Origin: a virus | Taxonomy: Duplodnaviria; Caudoviricetes | DNA length: 50,286 nt | Direction: 5' to 3' (one strand) | Virus record (IMG/VR): IMGVR_UViG_3300020043_006108 | Span: 1 to 50,286 of that record | Shown here: positions 8,456 through 17,256 of the stretch, piece after piece | Layout: each line of letters begins with the position of its first letter | Numbering within the stretch: position 1 is the stretch's first letter | Position numbers and translations under genes: made by a program | Notes under the pieces: generated by a model | What the model was told of the DNA's origin: nothing | What the model saw: only the letters and a program-made list of their open reading frames with translations | Databases searched by the model: none

Positions 8456-9102
8456 ACCCTTACGAACTCGCACTTGCCCTCGTCGCCTACCTAAAACAGC
8501 GCGGCTACCGTTGGTCTGAAATAACAGGCCATAAAAACCTGATCTACATTGAAGGGGCAACCCTTTACGCCGGTCAGGTAACGCCCAACTTCGACAACCC
8601 TGACGGGTGGAACGATTTACGGATTGTGCTGGAATTTACCATTGAAGGCGTTCCGTTCATTTCGCATATCGCAAAAGCAACGTGTGAGCCTGGCACAAGC
8701 GCAACAAACTCCAAAGAGGCGCTAAAAAACGGGGGCGTAGCAAGTTTACAGTTGATTCAGTATCGGGAGGCAGCAATGATGGGTTTTCATAAAATCAAAA
8801 CGCACCCGGCGCTTGTTCAGTCAGGTGAAATCTTGGTTTATAGAGACGCAAACCGCGACCAAAAGAGAACGGGAGATCCGATTTATCCGGCTTACGGAAT
8901 CAACCACCACTCGACAAGCCCGATCTTCACCGGCGAAAAAGTTGGGATGTACAGCATGGGGTGTTGTGTGGGCTGGAATTGGACAAAACATCTGGAATTT
9001 ATCGCGTTAATGAAAACAGACCCCCGCTACGTTGAGAACAATCTTTTTAAATGGGACTTCGCGCTGATAGATAGCGCGAAGTTGAAAAATCAGATGGTAT
9101 GA
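8452..9102 (+). CDS. Putative endolysin with a YkuD/L,D-transpeptidase-like His...Ser-x-Gly-Cys motif
   Basis: WND...T..PG, H..ALVQ, VYRD.N.D, GINHH...YSMGC. Confidence 0.55.
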   Translation: MNPYELALALVAYLKQRGYRWSEITGHKNLIYIEGATLYAGQVTPNFDNPDGWNDLRIVLEFTIEGVPFISHIAKATCEPGTSATNSKEALKNGGVASLQLIQYREAAMMGFHKIKTHPALVQSGEILVYRDANRDQKRTGDPIYPAYGINHHSTSPIFTGEKVGMYSMGCCVGWNWTKHLEFIALMKTDPRYVENNLFKWDFALIDSAKLKNQMV

Positions 9103-9284
9103 AAGAAGAAAATATTGAAAAACTTGGTCTGCTTATCGACAAACTCGAAAACCTAATCCAGGCAATGACCATGCCGCTTCCTGATTCTATTCATATGCAA
9201 GGCATCAAACCCGCATTGCCCGAAATACTAAACGAGGTAAAAGCCGTTTATCTTGACGAGGGCGGAGAGGATTGGTGGGATTAA
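9099..9284 (+). CDS. Hypothetical protein
   Basis: ATGA overlap with the upstream gene. Confidence 0.6.
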   Translation: MKEENIEKLGLLIDKLENLIQAMTMPLPDSIHMQGIKPALPEILNEVKAVYLDEGGEDWWD

Positions 9285-9369
9285 AAACAACCGCCCGGCA
9301 TGGTTGAGCGAAGCACACGCCGAAAGGGAAGTGTTCAAAAGCCTAAACCGGACAGGATTTAAAATAGCA

Positions 9370-10056
9370 ATGAACGAACTAAAGCAGTTTGACTACAATG
9401 AGGACTTTTTCGCACCTGCCCTGACAGGCAGACGCGCAATGCAGGGCAGCCGGTATGTCAAACCGCCGAAATGCAAAGACGTCCCCGAAAGGCTTTTGAA
9501 GTACCGAAACGCCGAACAACTGGCAAAGGACTTGAAACCAGAAAAAGGAATGCGGGTTTTTGTGATGTTGGATGGCTCGTTCATTGCAGGTGATTTTATC
9601 GAGGCGTTTTGCGTGGAACATAATTTGCATGTAAAGCAAATGACGATTTCTACCTTATCTTTGTCTCAGAACAACGTGGACAGCCTGAAAAACCTTTTGG
9701 ATGGCGGATATGTTGATGAATTGAATTTGATCGTTTCCGACTACTTCTTTTCGCATGAGCGGCATGGTTTGATTCCGTACATGTATGAACTGCTGGATAA
9801 GGATAACAAATTTCAGTTAGCAGTAGCAGGAACACATTGCAAGTTGACAATGATAGAAACGCACTGCGGTTTGAAAATAATCATGCACGGAAGCGCTAAT
9901 CTTCGCAGTTCTGGGAATATTGAGCATATTTGCATTGAAGAAAACGAAGCGCTTTTTGGCTTCAACCAAGAAATCCAAAGCGCAATCATTGATAAATACA
10001 AAACTATAAACAAGTCCGTAAGGCACGAAACACTATGGCAAGCGGTTCAAAAGTAA
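9370..10056 (+). CDS. Phospholipase D-superfamily (single HKD-like motif) protein
   Basis: THCKLTMIE...HGSANLRSSGNIE matches the HxK...GSxN...N.E PLD motif; the ATG at 9370 is preferred over the track start. Confidence 0.75.
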   Translation: MNELKQFDYNEDFFAPALTGRRAMQGSRYVKPPKCKDVPERLLKYRNAEQLAKDLKPEKGMRVFVMLDGSFIAGDFIEAFCVEHNLHVKQMTISTLSLSQNNVDSLKNLLDGGYVDELNLIVSDYFFSHERHGLIPYMYELLDKDNKFQLAVAGTHCKLTMIETHCGLKIIMHGSANLRSSGNIEHICIEENEALFGFNQEIQSAIIDKYKTINKSVRHETLWQAVQK

Positions 10057-10208
10057 AAAAAGGCAGCAATGTTCGGCAGTTGCGGTCAAATCGTACGGCA
10101 GCGAGAACAAGAGCACCTCAAAGGTCTGCACAGTCTACAATAGACCGAGCGAACGCAGGATTCAGAAGCGATGGCCTATTAAGGCAGCAGCGTAGATCAC
10201 GCGGATAA
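10035..10208 (+). CDS. Small Arg/Lys-rich peptide 1, 57 aa (MASGSKVKKGSNVRQLRSNRTAAR...RRSRG; not in ORF track)
   Basis: Translated by hand; AAACACTATGGC start context; paralog at 10351. Confidence 0.65.
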   Translation: MASGSKVKKGSNVRQLRSNRTAARTRAPQRSAQSTIDRANAGFRSDGLLRQQRRSRG

Positions 10209-10224
10209 CAGCAACAAAACAGCA

Positions 10225-10308
10225 ATGGGATTTAAAAAAGGAGAAGTTCCGCCAGGTTCAAAGCCTTTTGAAAAAGGAGAATCAGGAGATACAAAGTGCA
10301 ATCATTGA
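10225..10308 (+). pseudogene. Truncated terS 5' fragment joined to a second copy of the PLD gene 3' end
   Basis: MGFKKGEVPPGSKPFEKGESG versus TerS MGFKKGNKVGKTFQPGETG; from 10280 another frame reads NQEIQSAIIEKYKTINKAIRHETLWQQVQK*. Confidence 0.7.
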
Positions 10309-10350
10309 AAAGTACAAAACCATCAACAAGGCAATAAGACACGAAACACT

Positions 10351-10479
10351 ATGGCAGCAGGTTCAAAAGTAAAGAAAGGCAACAGCGCAAAGAAGTTGCG
10401 AAGTAACACAACAGCGGCCCGCGCCCGCGCTGGATTACGCAGTTTGGAAACCGGAAGAACGGCGGATGTGCCGTTCTAA
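10351..10479 (+). CDS. Small Arg/Lys-rich peptide 2, 42 aa (MAAGSKVKKGNSAKKLRSNTTAAR...ADVPF; not in ORF track)
   Basis: Translated by hand; the first ~24 aa are similar to peptide 1. Confidence 0.65.
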   Translation: MAAGSKVKKGNSAKKLRSNTTAARARAGLRSLETGRTADVPF

Positions 10480-10505
10480 GGCTATCAGACACAAAACAGA
10501 CGTGA

Positions 10506-10925
10506 ATGGGGTTTAAAAAAGGAAATAAAGTTGGAAAAACATTCCAGCCCGGCGAAACCGGAAACCCTGACGGGCGGCCCGTTGGGGCTATTACTTTTAA
10601 GTCAATCGCCGAACGGCTTTTGGATGGCAAAATCAATATTGAGCAAGCGGGAGAGATGAGGCAGATAACGCGTCGGGAAAAAATGATACTCAATATCATA
10701 AATGACGCGGTAAATGATGAAGACCCAGCAACGCGGCTAAAGGCAGTCGCCTACCTGGTAGAGAGAACCGAGGGCAAAGTAGCCGACAAGGTGGATATGA
10801 CCAGCAACGGCGAAACGCTCATCCCCCAGCAGACCACCATCTTAGAAATTAAATACCGGGGCGAACACGGCCCTATCGAATTAACTTCGAGTAAGCAGCC
10901 GAAAGAAACGCCGAAAGCAGAATAG
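10506..10925 (+). CDS. terS: Terminase small subunit (DUF5681-like N-terminus)
   Basis: FQPGETGNPDGRPVG motif and ERTEGK...KVDMTSNGE tail; upstream of TerL. Confidence 0.75.
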   Translation: MGFKKGNKVGKTFQPGETGNPDGRPVGAITFKSIAERLLDGKINIEQAGEMRQITRREKMILNIINDAVNDEDPATRLKAVAYLVERTEGKVADKVDMTSNGETLIPQQTTILEIKYRGEHGPIELTSSKQPKETPKAE

Positions 10926-11193
10926 TGAGCGAGATGTAGGAGATCCAGCGCAGCGGGCAGCCGAACGGATTGAGCATATTGAACGCCCCGAAACCCCAAA
11001 GCGCAATTTGCCCGGAAGCGCATTTTGGACAGTAGCCCAAAGGGTAGGCTAATTTGGGATGGGTTGCCTTTAATTTGTCCAGCCAATCGCCGTAAAAGTC
11101 AAAGATCGCATTCGGTTGAATGAGAATATCCGAAAGGGTCACGGCGAAAACGGCGATCTGGAATATTTGCAGGAAATCCGTTAGTGTTAGCAT
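10873..11193 (-). CDS. Small membrane protein with CxxC (DUF1360-like)
   Basis: Hydrophobic helices and LGYCPKC; likely start MLTLTDFL. Confidence 0.6.
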   Translation of the reverse strand: MLTLTDFLQIFQIAVFAVTLSDILIQPNAIFDFYGDWLDKLKATHPKLAYPLGYCPKCASGQIALWGFGAFNMLNPFGCPLRWISYISLTILLSAFLSAAYSKLIR

Positions 11194-11762
11194 ATAGCCT
11201 CCCGCGTTACCACATTCGGAATAGCGCACCCGTTTTTCAAAACGTAACTCACCTGAAAGTCAAAGGCGAAGTATTCAAACGGCAGCATCAAATATTGCGT
11301 TTCCGCTTCGTCATACGTGTACTTTGAAAACAGTTCAGGGCTTCGCGGCGCTTCTCTGTCAGGCGTAACCCGAATGAAAGACACCGGCGGAACGTCATCA
11401 TGCTTACCCTGCAACGCCGAAACACACGCGGCCATCATTGCGCCTACATCGGGAGGGGAAAGTTTGGCAGTGTTCAACCACACGATCAAGCGAAGCCGTG
11501 CGGAATACTGGAAGCCCCGACCGCCGGACATTTCATCTGCCTTTTGGTTTTCCAGCACTTCAAAATATGAAATGCCTGTTTCGGTTGTTGCGGGGGTTAA
11601 CCACACGTAGCCGTTTTTCTTTTCAGGGTTCGGGAATGCTGGCAGGGTTTTAATTTTCCCATCAACGTTGAGTTTTTGCGCACGGGCAACACCGGCAACG
11701 GTTGAGAGAAATTCCTGGCATTCGAGTTTTTGGGCGAGGGTGTTTGCTACTGTGTCGATCAT
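11187..11762 (-). CDS. Putative tail completion/terminator-like protein
   Basis: 191 aa alpha/beta ORF in a cassette with the tail-chaperone-like pair; function inferred only. Confidence 0.45.
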   Translation of the reverse strand: MIDTVANTLAQKLECQEFLSTVAGVARAQKLNVDGKIKTLPAFPNPEKKNGYVWLTPATTETGISYFEVLENQKADEMSGGRGFQYSARLRLIVWLNTAKLSPPDVGAMMAACVSALQGKHDDVPPVSFIRVTPDREAPRSPELFSKYTYDEAETQYLMLPFEYFAFDFQVSYVLKNGCAIPNVVTREAIC

Positions 11763-11866
11763 GGCGTTTTACCTTCTTTGGTTGCAAGTATAATCATGCG
11801 CACAAGGGTGATTATTGACACAATGATGCCAATTGAAAATAAAAGTGCTTTGATTAGGTCGATCAT
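11759..11866 (-). CDS. 35 aa single-TM peptide (MIDLIKALLFSIGIIVSIITLVRMIILATKEGKTP; not in ORF track)
   Basis: ATGA overlaps at both ends. Confidence 0.55.
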   Translation of the reverse strand: MIDLIKALLFSIGIIVSIITLVRMIILATKEGKTP

Positions 11867-12162
11867 GCTTTCGGTTTATTTTTAGCCTGCACCTCTTCCA
11901 GTACCGCGAAGAACTCGAAAATGTCCAGTTTGTTAAGTTCGGTATAATTCAACCCCGGAGATATAACAGCCATTTTGAGTTTAACCCATGCGCTTTCTAT
12001 GTCCTGAATCATATTTACGGTGTATTTTAGCGGCGGCGCTTCTACCTGGCCGATCCTTCGCCGCCCTGGTCGCTCCTGATCTGCGTGGAAGTACTGAGGA
12101 AATCTATGCCCAAGTCTTTGAAATAGCGACGAACAAAAAGCCTCGCACAATTCAAAAAAAAA
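11863..12162 (-). CDS. Putative -1 frameshift extension (gpGT-like) of the 12042-12545 product
   Basis: The -1 frame is open from the U9 run; C-terminal YTELNKLDIFEFFAVL resembles gpT-type segments. Confidence 0.5.
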   Translation of the reverse strand, partial: FFFELCEAFCSSLFQRLGHRFPQYFHADQERPGRRRIGQVEAPPLKYTVNMIQDIESAWVKLKMAVISPGLNYTELNKLDIFEFFAVLEEVQAKNKPKA

Positions 12163-12545
12163 GCATCGTCTACGCTTGACCAATCGGCAACCTTTTCCTG
12201 TGCTTCCGCTTCGCTCCACGTTTCCCGGTTCTCACTTGGTGAACAGACAAACAAAGTACACAGTTTGAATATAGGGTGCATCTGTCCACTAAGGATACGG
12301 GAAACCCCATTTTGCAGGTTGTGTAGTTTAACCGAAACGTCCGCAAACTTCGATTTGTTTTGCAGTTCGTACGCCTCTAAAATCTCACTTTTGAACCCAG
12401 ATACGGAAAGGCCGTGTTGAATTTCGATCATGCAAATTTCCAGCATGGGAAAGCGGCCCGTCCCCACTGTTGGGTAAATTATGTACTCTTTTCCGCTCGC
12501 AGTCTTGAAACTATTGGCGTTTAAATCTGGCAAAATCAAATCCAT
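12042..12545 (-). CDS. Putative tail assembly chaperone (gpG-like)
   Basis: 167 aa with slippery GCT TTT TTT TTG near the 3' end and an overlapping -1 ORF. Confidence 0.55.
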   Translation of the reverse strand: MDLILPDLNANSFKTASGKEYIIYPTVGTGRFPMLEICMIEIQHGLSVSGFKSEILEAYELQNKSKFADVSVKLHNLQNGVSRILSGQMHPIFKLCTLFVCSPSENRETWSEAEAQEKVADWSSVDDAFFLNCARLFVRRYFKDLGIDFLSTSTQIRSDQGGEGSAR

Positions 12546-12579
12546 ACGAAAGTTTTTGGCTTATTCTTTGTTGTGAGAG

Positions 12580-12599
12580 CAAATATAATGCTATTTTTG
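12580..12599. promoter_or_regulatory. Divergent -7 boxes (TATATTTG on the - strand; TATTTTTG on the + strand)
   Basis: Both match TAnnTTTG within the 62-bp divergent intergenic region. Confidence 0.5.
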
Positions 12600-12607
12600 T
12601 TGGAATT

Positions 12608-14038
12608 ATGGGGGGAGTAGGGTTTAAGTTATCGGCACCGCAGGAATACGTCCTAACCTCGACAAAGGAGATAAACCTATTTTTGGCAGGCGTGGGCAGC
12701 GGGAAGACCCATTTAGGCGGTCTGATTTCAGGTAGTTACATCCAAAAATTCCCGCACATTCGCGGGTTTATCGGAGCAAATACCTATAATCAGTTGAATA
12801 CCTCAACCATGCTACGCATACGGGAGGTTTGGAAAGAGTTGTTTAACTGGGAAGCAGATCGGGATTATGTGGTAGGCAAACAACCCCCAAAAGGCTTCTC
12901 AATGGAGGGCCACAACTTCGACCGATACGACGGCATTGTATCATTCAAAAACGGGGCGATTGTTTTTATTGGCTCCCTGGACAACGCGAAAGCCCACGAC
13001 GGGAAAGAGTTTGGCTGGGCGATACTTGACGAAACAAAGGACACGAGAGAGCAGGACGTTAAAGAGGTGATCTTAACCCGGATGCGCCAAACGGGGATGG
13101 ATTTTCAAGGCAAGGGGTTTAACCCGCTTTACATTCTCACCTCTCCTGCAAAAGTGCAATGGCTAAACGAGTGGTTTGAGTTGGATGAATACCGGGCGGA
13201 AATTGAAGGAAGTATTTATTCAGAGAACACATTTTTTGCAAAAGAGCAGAAAAACAAGTGCATAGCGATTTCCAGCACGTATCACAATCAGATCAATCTG
13301 CCGGAAGGGTACATTGACCGGATAAAGGACAACAACCCCGACGAACGGGCAAAGGCATTGATTTACGCCAACCCGTTCACAAAGACCGGCGGCGAGTTTT
13401 ACAGTTCATTCAGCGCAGCCCGCCACGTCGGCAGAGTGGAATACAAACCGGAACTACCTATTCACGTCTCTTTTGACCAGAATGTGGTTCCGTATATTAC
13501 GGCAACTTTGTGGCAGGTTGAACAATCAGAAAAGGGATGGGATTTGCGGAACTTTGACGAATTTTGCCTACCGAATCCAAATAATACGAGCGAGAGGCTT
13601 TGTGAGGCGATAATAGCGAAATACGGGGACAGGTGCAAGAGTATGTTTTTCTACGGGGATGCAAGCGGTCACAGCAGGTCAACGAAAAGCGAGGAAACAG
13701 ACTATCAGATTGTCGAAAGGATGCTGAGAAAATGGTTGCACCACGGAAGCGACCGAACCGAAAGAAAGAACCCGCCCGTTATAAAGCGCCGGGATTTTAT
13801 CAACAATATTTTTGAAGGGAAAACGAGGTGGAGGATATTGATTGATGAGACTTGCAAAAAGATGGTGGTTGACATGACCTACATAAAGCAAGACCCCAAC
13901 GGAAAGAAATGGAAAGAAAAGGTGAAGGATGAAATAAGCGGGCAGACATACGAGAAGTACGGACACGCCAGCGATTCACTGGATTACATGATTTGTGAGG
14001 TTGCCGCGTCCGATTTTGAAAGGTTTTGCGAGGGATAA
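12608..14038 (+). CDS. terL: Terminase large subunit
   Basis: Walker A AGVGSGKT, Walker B AILDE, nuclease-domain SFDQN, YGDASG and HASDSLDY. Confidence 0.93.
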   Translation: MGGVGFKLSAPQEYVLTSTKEINLFLAGVGSGKTHLGGLISGSYIQKFPHIRGFIGANTYNQLNTSTMLRIREVWKELFNWEADRDYVVGKQPPKGFSMEGHNFDRYDGIVSFKNGAIVFIGSLDNAKAHDGKEFGWAILDETKDTREQDVKEVILTRMRQTGMDFQGKGFNPLYILTSPAKVQWLNEWFELDEYRAEIEGSIYSENTFFAKEQKNKCIAISSTYHNQINLPEGYIDRIKDNNPDERAKALIYANPFTKTGGEFYSSFSAARHVGRVEYKPELPIHVSFDQNVVPYITATLWQVEQSEKGWDLRNFDEFCLPNPNNTSERLCEAIIAKYGDRCKSMFFYGDASGHSRSTKSEETDYQIVERMLRKWLHHGSDRTERKNPPVIKRRDFINNIFEGKTRWRILIDETCKKMVVDMTYIKQDPNGKKWKEKVKDEISGQTYEKYGHASDSLDYMICEVAASDFERFCEG

Positions 14039-15855
14039 AACAAACAAACACATTGAACAAAGAACAGGCACTACAACGACTGATTCAGGTCGTATCCAAA
14101 GGCGCAAAGCACCCCTGGTACGAAAGAACAACTGAATTAGCCGATCTTTACCGCAAACTCGTTACGGGTGACGGTCTGGATAAACTACTCCGGCAGTTTG
14201 TTCAACGTGAATCAGCCGATGCATTCAAAGAGCGGGTGAAACTCACTCAGCACGTAGTGACCACAGTCACAAAGAACATTATGGACGTGTTCTACAAAGT
14301 GCCACGATCCAACTACCAAAGAATTTTAGAGCATTTAGGGGATAACTCCGAACGGATGACCGCCGAACTGGAAGGGGTCATGTCTACGTTTTGGGGTGTT
14401 CGTAATTTGGATGAATACGTGCAAACCCGTTGGCTGGAAATGAACGCGACCGACCCGAACGGGTTTGTTGTTGTGGAGTTTAAGCCGTTCGACAACCAAA
14501 GAGAACGGGCGAAGCCGTACCCTTACGAGGTGACAAGTCACGAAGCGGTTGATTACAAGTACGAAAACAACGTGCTGCAATACCTGACTGTCAAAACCTC
14601 GTTTTCTCTTCCGATCAATCAAAAGAAAGACAAGGTGGGCGATAATTACGCGCTCTACCTTCAGAACGAAACCCTGAATTTGCAGGAAATCGACCCGGCA
14701 ACCGTGACCACTTCGTTGATTGAAAATCAATTCGTTCCTACCGAAAACGGCCAATATCTTCTTTCCAATAAAAGGGTTTACTTTCTCACTGAATCTATTC
14801 CGCACAACGCCGGAAGGGTACCCGCCAAACCCGTTGGTTATTTGCGGGATGCGTGGACAAACGGACAAACATTTGTCTCGCCTTACGATAGCGCAGTACC
14901 ACTTCTTTTGAAGTCGGTAAAGGTTAACAGTGAGTTGGATATTGTAATGTCTCAACAGGCATTTCCGCACAGACTACAGTATATGCCTATTTGTAAGGCA
15001 GATGGGTGTAAAAGTGGATACCTGCTCAATGGCGAGACGTGCGGTACATGCAAGGGCACGGGGCATGATTCCATCACGTCGGCAATGGATGTGATTTACT
15101 TTTCCATGCCTAAAGATGCTGCCGATATAATCGACCTGGAAAAGATTTTGGTTTTCAAAGGCCCGCCAATTGAAGTAGTGCAATTCCAAAAAGACTACGT
15201 TACCGATCTGACGGCAGGATGCAAAGCCGTTGTGTTCAATTCGGAATCGTTCAGTAAAATGCAGATTTCCGGCACGGCCACGGGTGAACTACTCGACCGG
15301 GATAACGTACAAGACACCCTGTATTCATGCGCCAAAGGATTCGCAGATACATGGGTTTTTTACGTGTGGATGACGGCAGATTTTGCCGATCTCTCAAAAG
15401 GCTTAAATGCGAAGTTGGTTTTCTCTAAAGACTTCCAACTCAAAAATATGTCCGAACTGATTTCAGATTTGGAAGCGGCCAAACGTTCAGAGGTAGGCCC
15501 GGCAGTTATTCAACATATCAGTAACGACATTGCCCGCTTGATGTATTCCGAAGACCCGAAGCAGTACAACGAATGGTGGGTGAAAGAATCCTTCAACCCT
15601 TTTAGCGGAATGAGCGCCGATATGATTGCCCTGGCTCTTTCAGATCCGGCGGTACCACAGAAATACAAAACCCGCTACCTGATGCTGGGGGTGATTTTCT
15701 CCGAACTGGAAAACGAGGTGGAGGGATTCTATCAATTCAAAAAAACAGAACAGGCGCGGCTGATTGACGAAAAGGTTATGTCTTACATGAATGAAACCAA
15801 GCCGGTAGCCCCGGCGATTACTTTGCCGATAAATACACCTGCAAATGCAAATTAA
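14026..15855 (+). CDS. Portal protein with an inserted Cys4 zinc finger (start possibly TTG 14053)
   Basis: About 600 aa directly after TerL and before the minor head gene; CKADGC...CGTCKGTG insert. Confidence 0.8.
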   Translation: MRGIKQTNTLNKEQALQRLIQVVSKGAKHPWYERTTELADLYRKLVTGDGLDKLLRQFVQRESADAFKERVKLTQHVVTTVTKNIMDVFYKVPRSNYQRILEHLGDNSERMTAELEGVMSTFWGVRNLDEYVQTRWLEMNATDPNGFVVVEFKPFDNQRERAKPYPYEVTSHEAVDYKYENNVLQYLTVKTSFSLPINQKKDKVGDNYALYLQNETLNLQEIDPATVTTSLIENQFVPTENGQYLLSNKRVYFLTESIPHNAGRVPAKPVGYLRDAWTNGQTFVSPYDSAVPLLLKSVKVNSELDIVMSQQAFPHRLQYMPICKADGCKSGYLLNGETCGTCKGTGHDSITSAMDVIYFSMPKDAADIIDLEKILVFKGPPIEVVQFQKDYVTDLTAGCKAVVFNSESFSKMQISGTATGELLDRDNVQDTLYSCAKGFADTWVFYVWMTADFADLSKGLNAKLVFSKDFQLKNMSELISDLEAAKRSEVGPAVIQHISNDIARLMYSEDPKQYNEWWVKESFNPFSGMSADMIALALSDPAVPQKYKTRYLMLGVIFSELENEVEGFYQFKKTEQARLIDEKVMSYMNETKPVAPAITLPINTPANAN

Positions 15856-16120
15856 AAGATTCGTACAAAAGCCGCCAATAATTCACGTTGTGCAGTATGA
15901 TATTGCCAATGGGCGAGATATTCAGAATTGGACAAACGGAAGATTTGTTGAGTGCGAAGTGTTGGAGCCGACAGAAAACAATCCGAGCGGCGCGTTTTTG
16001 TACCACAAAAGAGGCAATGTAAGGGCACTGCCCGGAGACTGGATTTACAAGTCCGGTGACTTTTCCGATGTTGTGGGCGAAGACTGGTTGCTTAATAATC
16101 ACTATCTTTTGCAGGAATGA
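15845..16120 (+). CDS. Phage hypothetical protein (PGDWI motif)
   Basis: The A.PGDWI motif recurs in phage proteins. Confidence 0.7.
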   Translation: MQIKRFVQKPPIIHVVQYDIANGRDIQNWTNGRFVECEVLEPTENNPSGAFLYHKRGNVRALPGDWIYKSGDFSDVVGEDWLLNNHYLLQE

Positions 16121-17022
16121 CAATTGAGGAAATCCTAAAATACATCCAATCGTGGTCAGTCCGATTTGAAAACCGGCTAACCGAATTGGTTGATTCGCTG
16201 GACACTCGTTTGCAGGGTGCGCAAAGGGAACTCGTAAAACGGTTTTTGGAAGCGCTTAATGATATGTTTGAAACGGAAGGAAAGAACCTGAAAAAGTCTA
16301 CCCGGAACATTCAGGCTTTGGGGAAATTTAACCGCCTGTTTAATAAGTGGGAACGTGAAATGATTGGCGGCGAATTGGCCCTATTTACAACGGAACTTTT
16401 AGAGGTTGGCGGTTTGACAATTGGTTACTATGAGGCGACAGATACACACGCAAAAGCGGCGGCAATTCAAAAGTCACTGGACTTGCTTCGTGCTGTGATC
16501 GGGATTGACAAAGACGGGGTTTTGATCGAAGGCGGGTACCTATCAAATTTGGGAAATACGCAGGTGGTCAGGGATGAATTAAGGCAGTACGTTGTTCAAT
16601 CCATCGTGACAAAAAAGAGCCTTTCGGATTTTCAAAAGGGGTTCAAAGGTTTGGTGGAAGGAAACCCGGATACAGACGGGGCGCTGCAAAGGTATTGGAG
16701 ACAATATTCGTACGATTCGTATAACATGGCGCATGAGGTCGTAAATTCCAGCATGGCAGATGAATTGAAACTAAAATACTTCATTTATCAGGGTTCTGTA
16801 ATTCCGACCACGCGACAATTTTGCAGGAAGAGGGCGGGAAAGGTTTTCAGCACAGCAGAGGCGGCAAGGTGGAAATCAGACCCCGATTTGATTGATAAAA
16901 AAACGGCAGCAAGTTACAACCCGCTTTTGGAGCGAGGTAGATGGAATTGCAGACATTTCCTTTCATATATTTCGGATGAATTGGCCGCTCAATTGCGACC
17001 TGATATAAAAAACAAAACATGA
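16117..17022 (+). CDS. Minor head/morphogenesis protein (SPP1 gp7/Mu F-like)
   Basis: Post-portal position; YQGSVIPTTRQFC and GRWNCRH motifs. Confidence 0.75.
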   Translation: MTIEEILKYIQSWSVRFENRLTELVDSLDTRLQGAQRELVKRFLEALNDMFETEGKNLKKSTRNIQALGKFNRLFNKWEREMIGGELALFTTELLEVGGLTIGYYEATDTHAKAAAIQKSLDLLRAVIGIDKDGVLIEGGYLSNLGNTQVVRDELRQYVVQSIVTKKSLSDFQKGFKGLVEGNPDTDGALQRYWRQYSYDSYNMAHEVVNSSMADELKLKYFIYQGSVIPTTRQFCRKRAGKVFSTAEAARWKSDPDLIDKKTAASYNPLLERGRWNCRHFLSYISDELAAQLRPDIKNKT

Positions 17023-17252
17023 TCGAACAAGAATTAACATTCGGACAAAAGGCCGTCGGCCTCACATTTAACCCATCCAATAACGCCGAAGTAGATGCGG
17101 CAAAACGGTTTTATGCCGCCATTATCGACCAGATGCACAACCTGCGCAGCACAACCGAAAGCGCAGAAGTAAAGCGAATGTGCAGCGTGGCGATCACAGA
17201 GGCGCAAGGCGCTCAAATGTGGGCGGTTAAGGCAATCACATGGAAGGACTAA
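17019..17252 (+). CDS. Acb2/Tad1-like cyclic-nucleotide sponge candidate
   Basis: Helical hairpin ending R.CSVAITEAQGAQMWAVKAITW; V..TFNPS....VD..K N-terminus. Confidence 0.6.
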   Translation: MIEQELTFGQKAVGLTFNPSNNAEVDAAKRFYAAIIDQMHNLRSTTESAEVKRMCSVAITEAQGAQMWAVKAITWKD

Positions 17253-17256
17253 GCAA

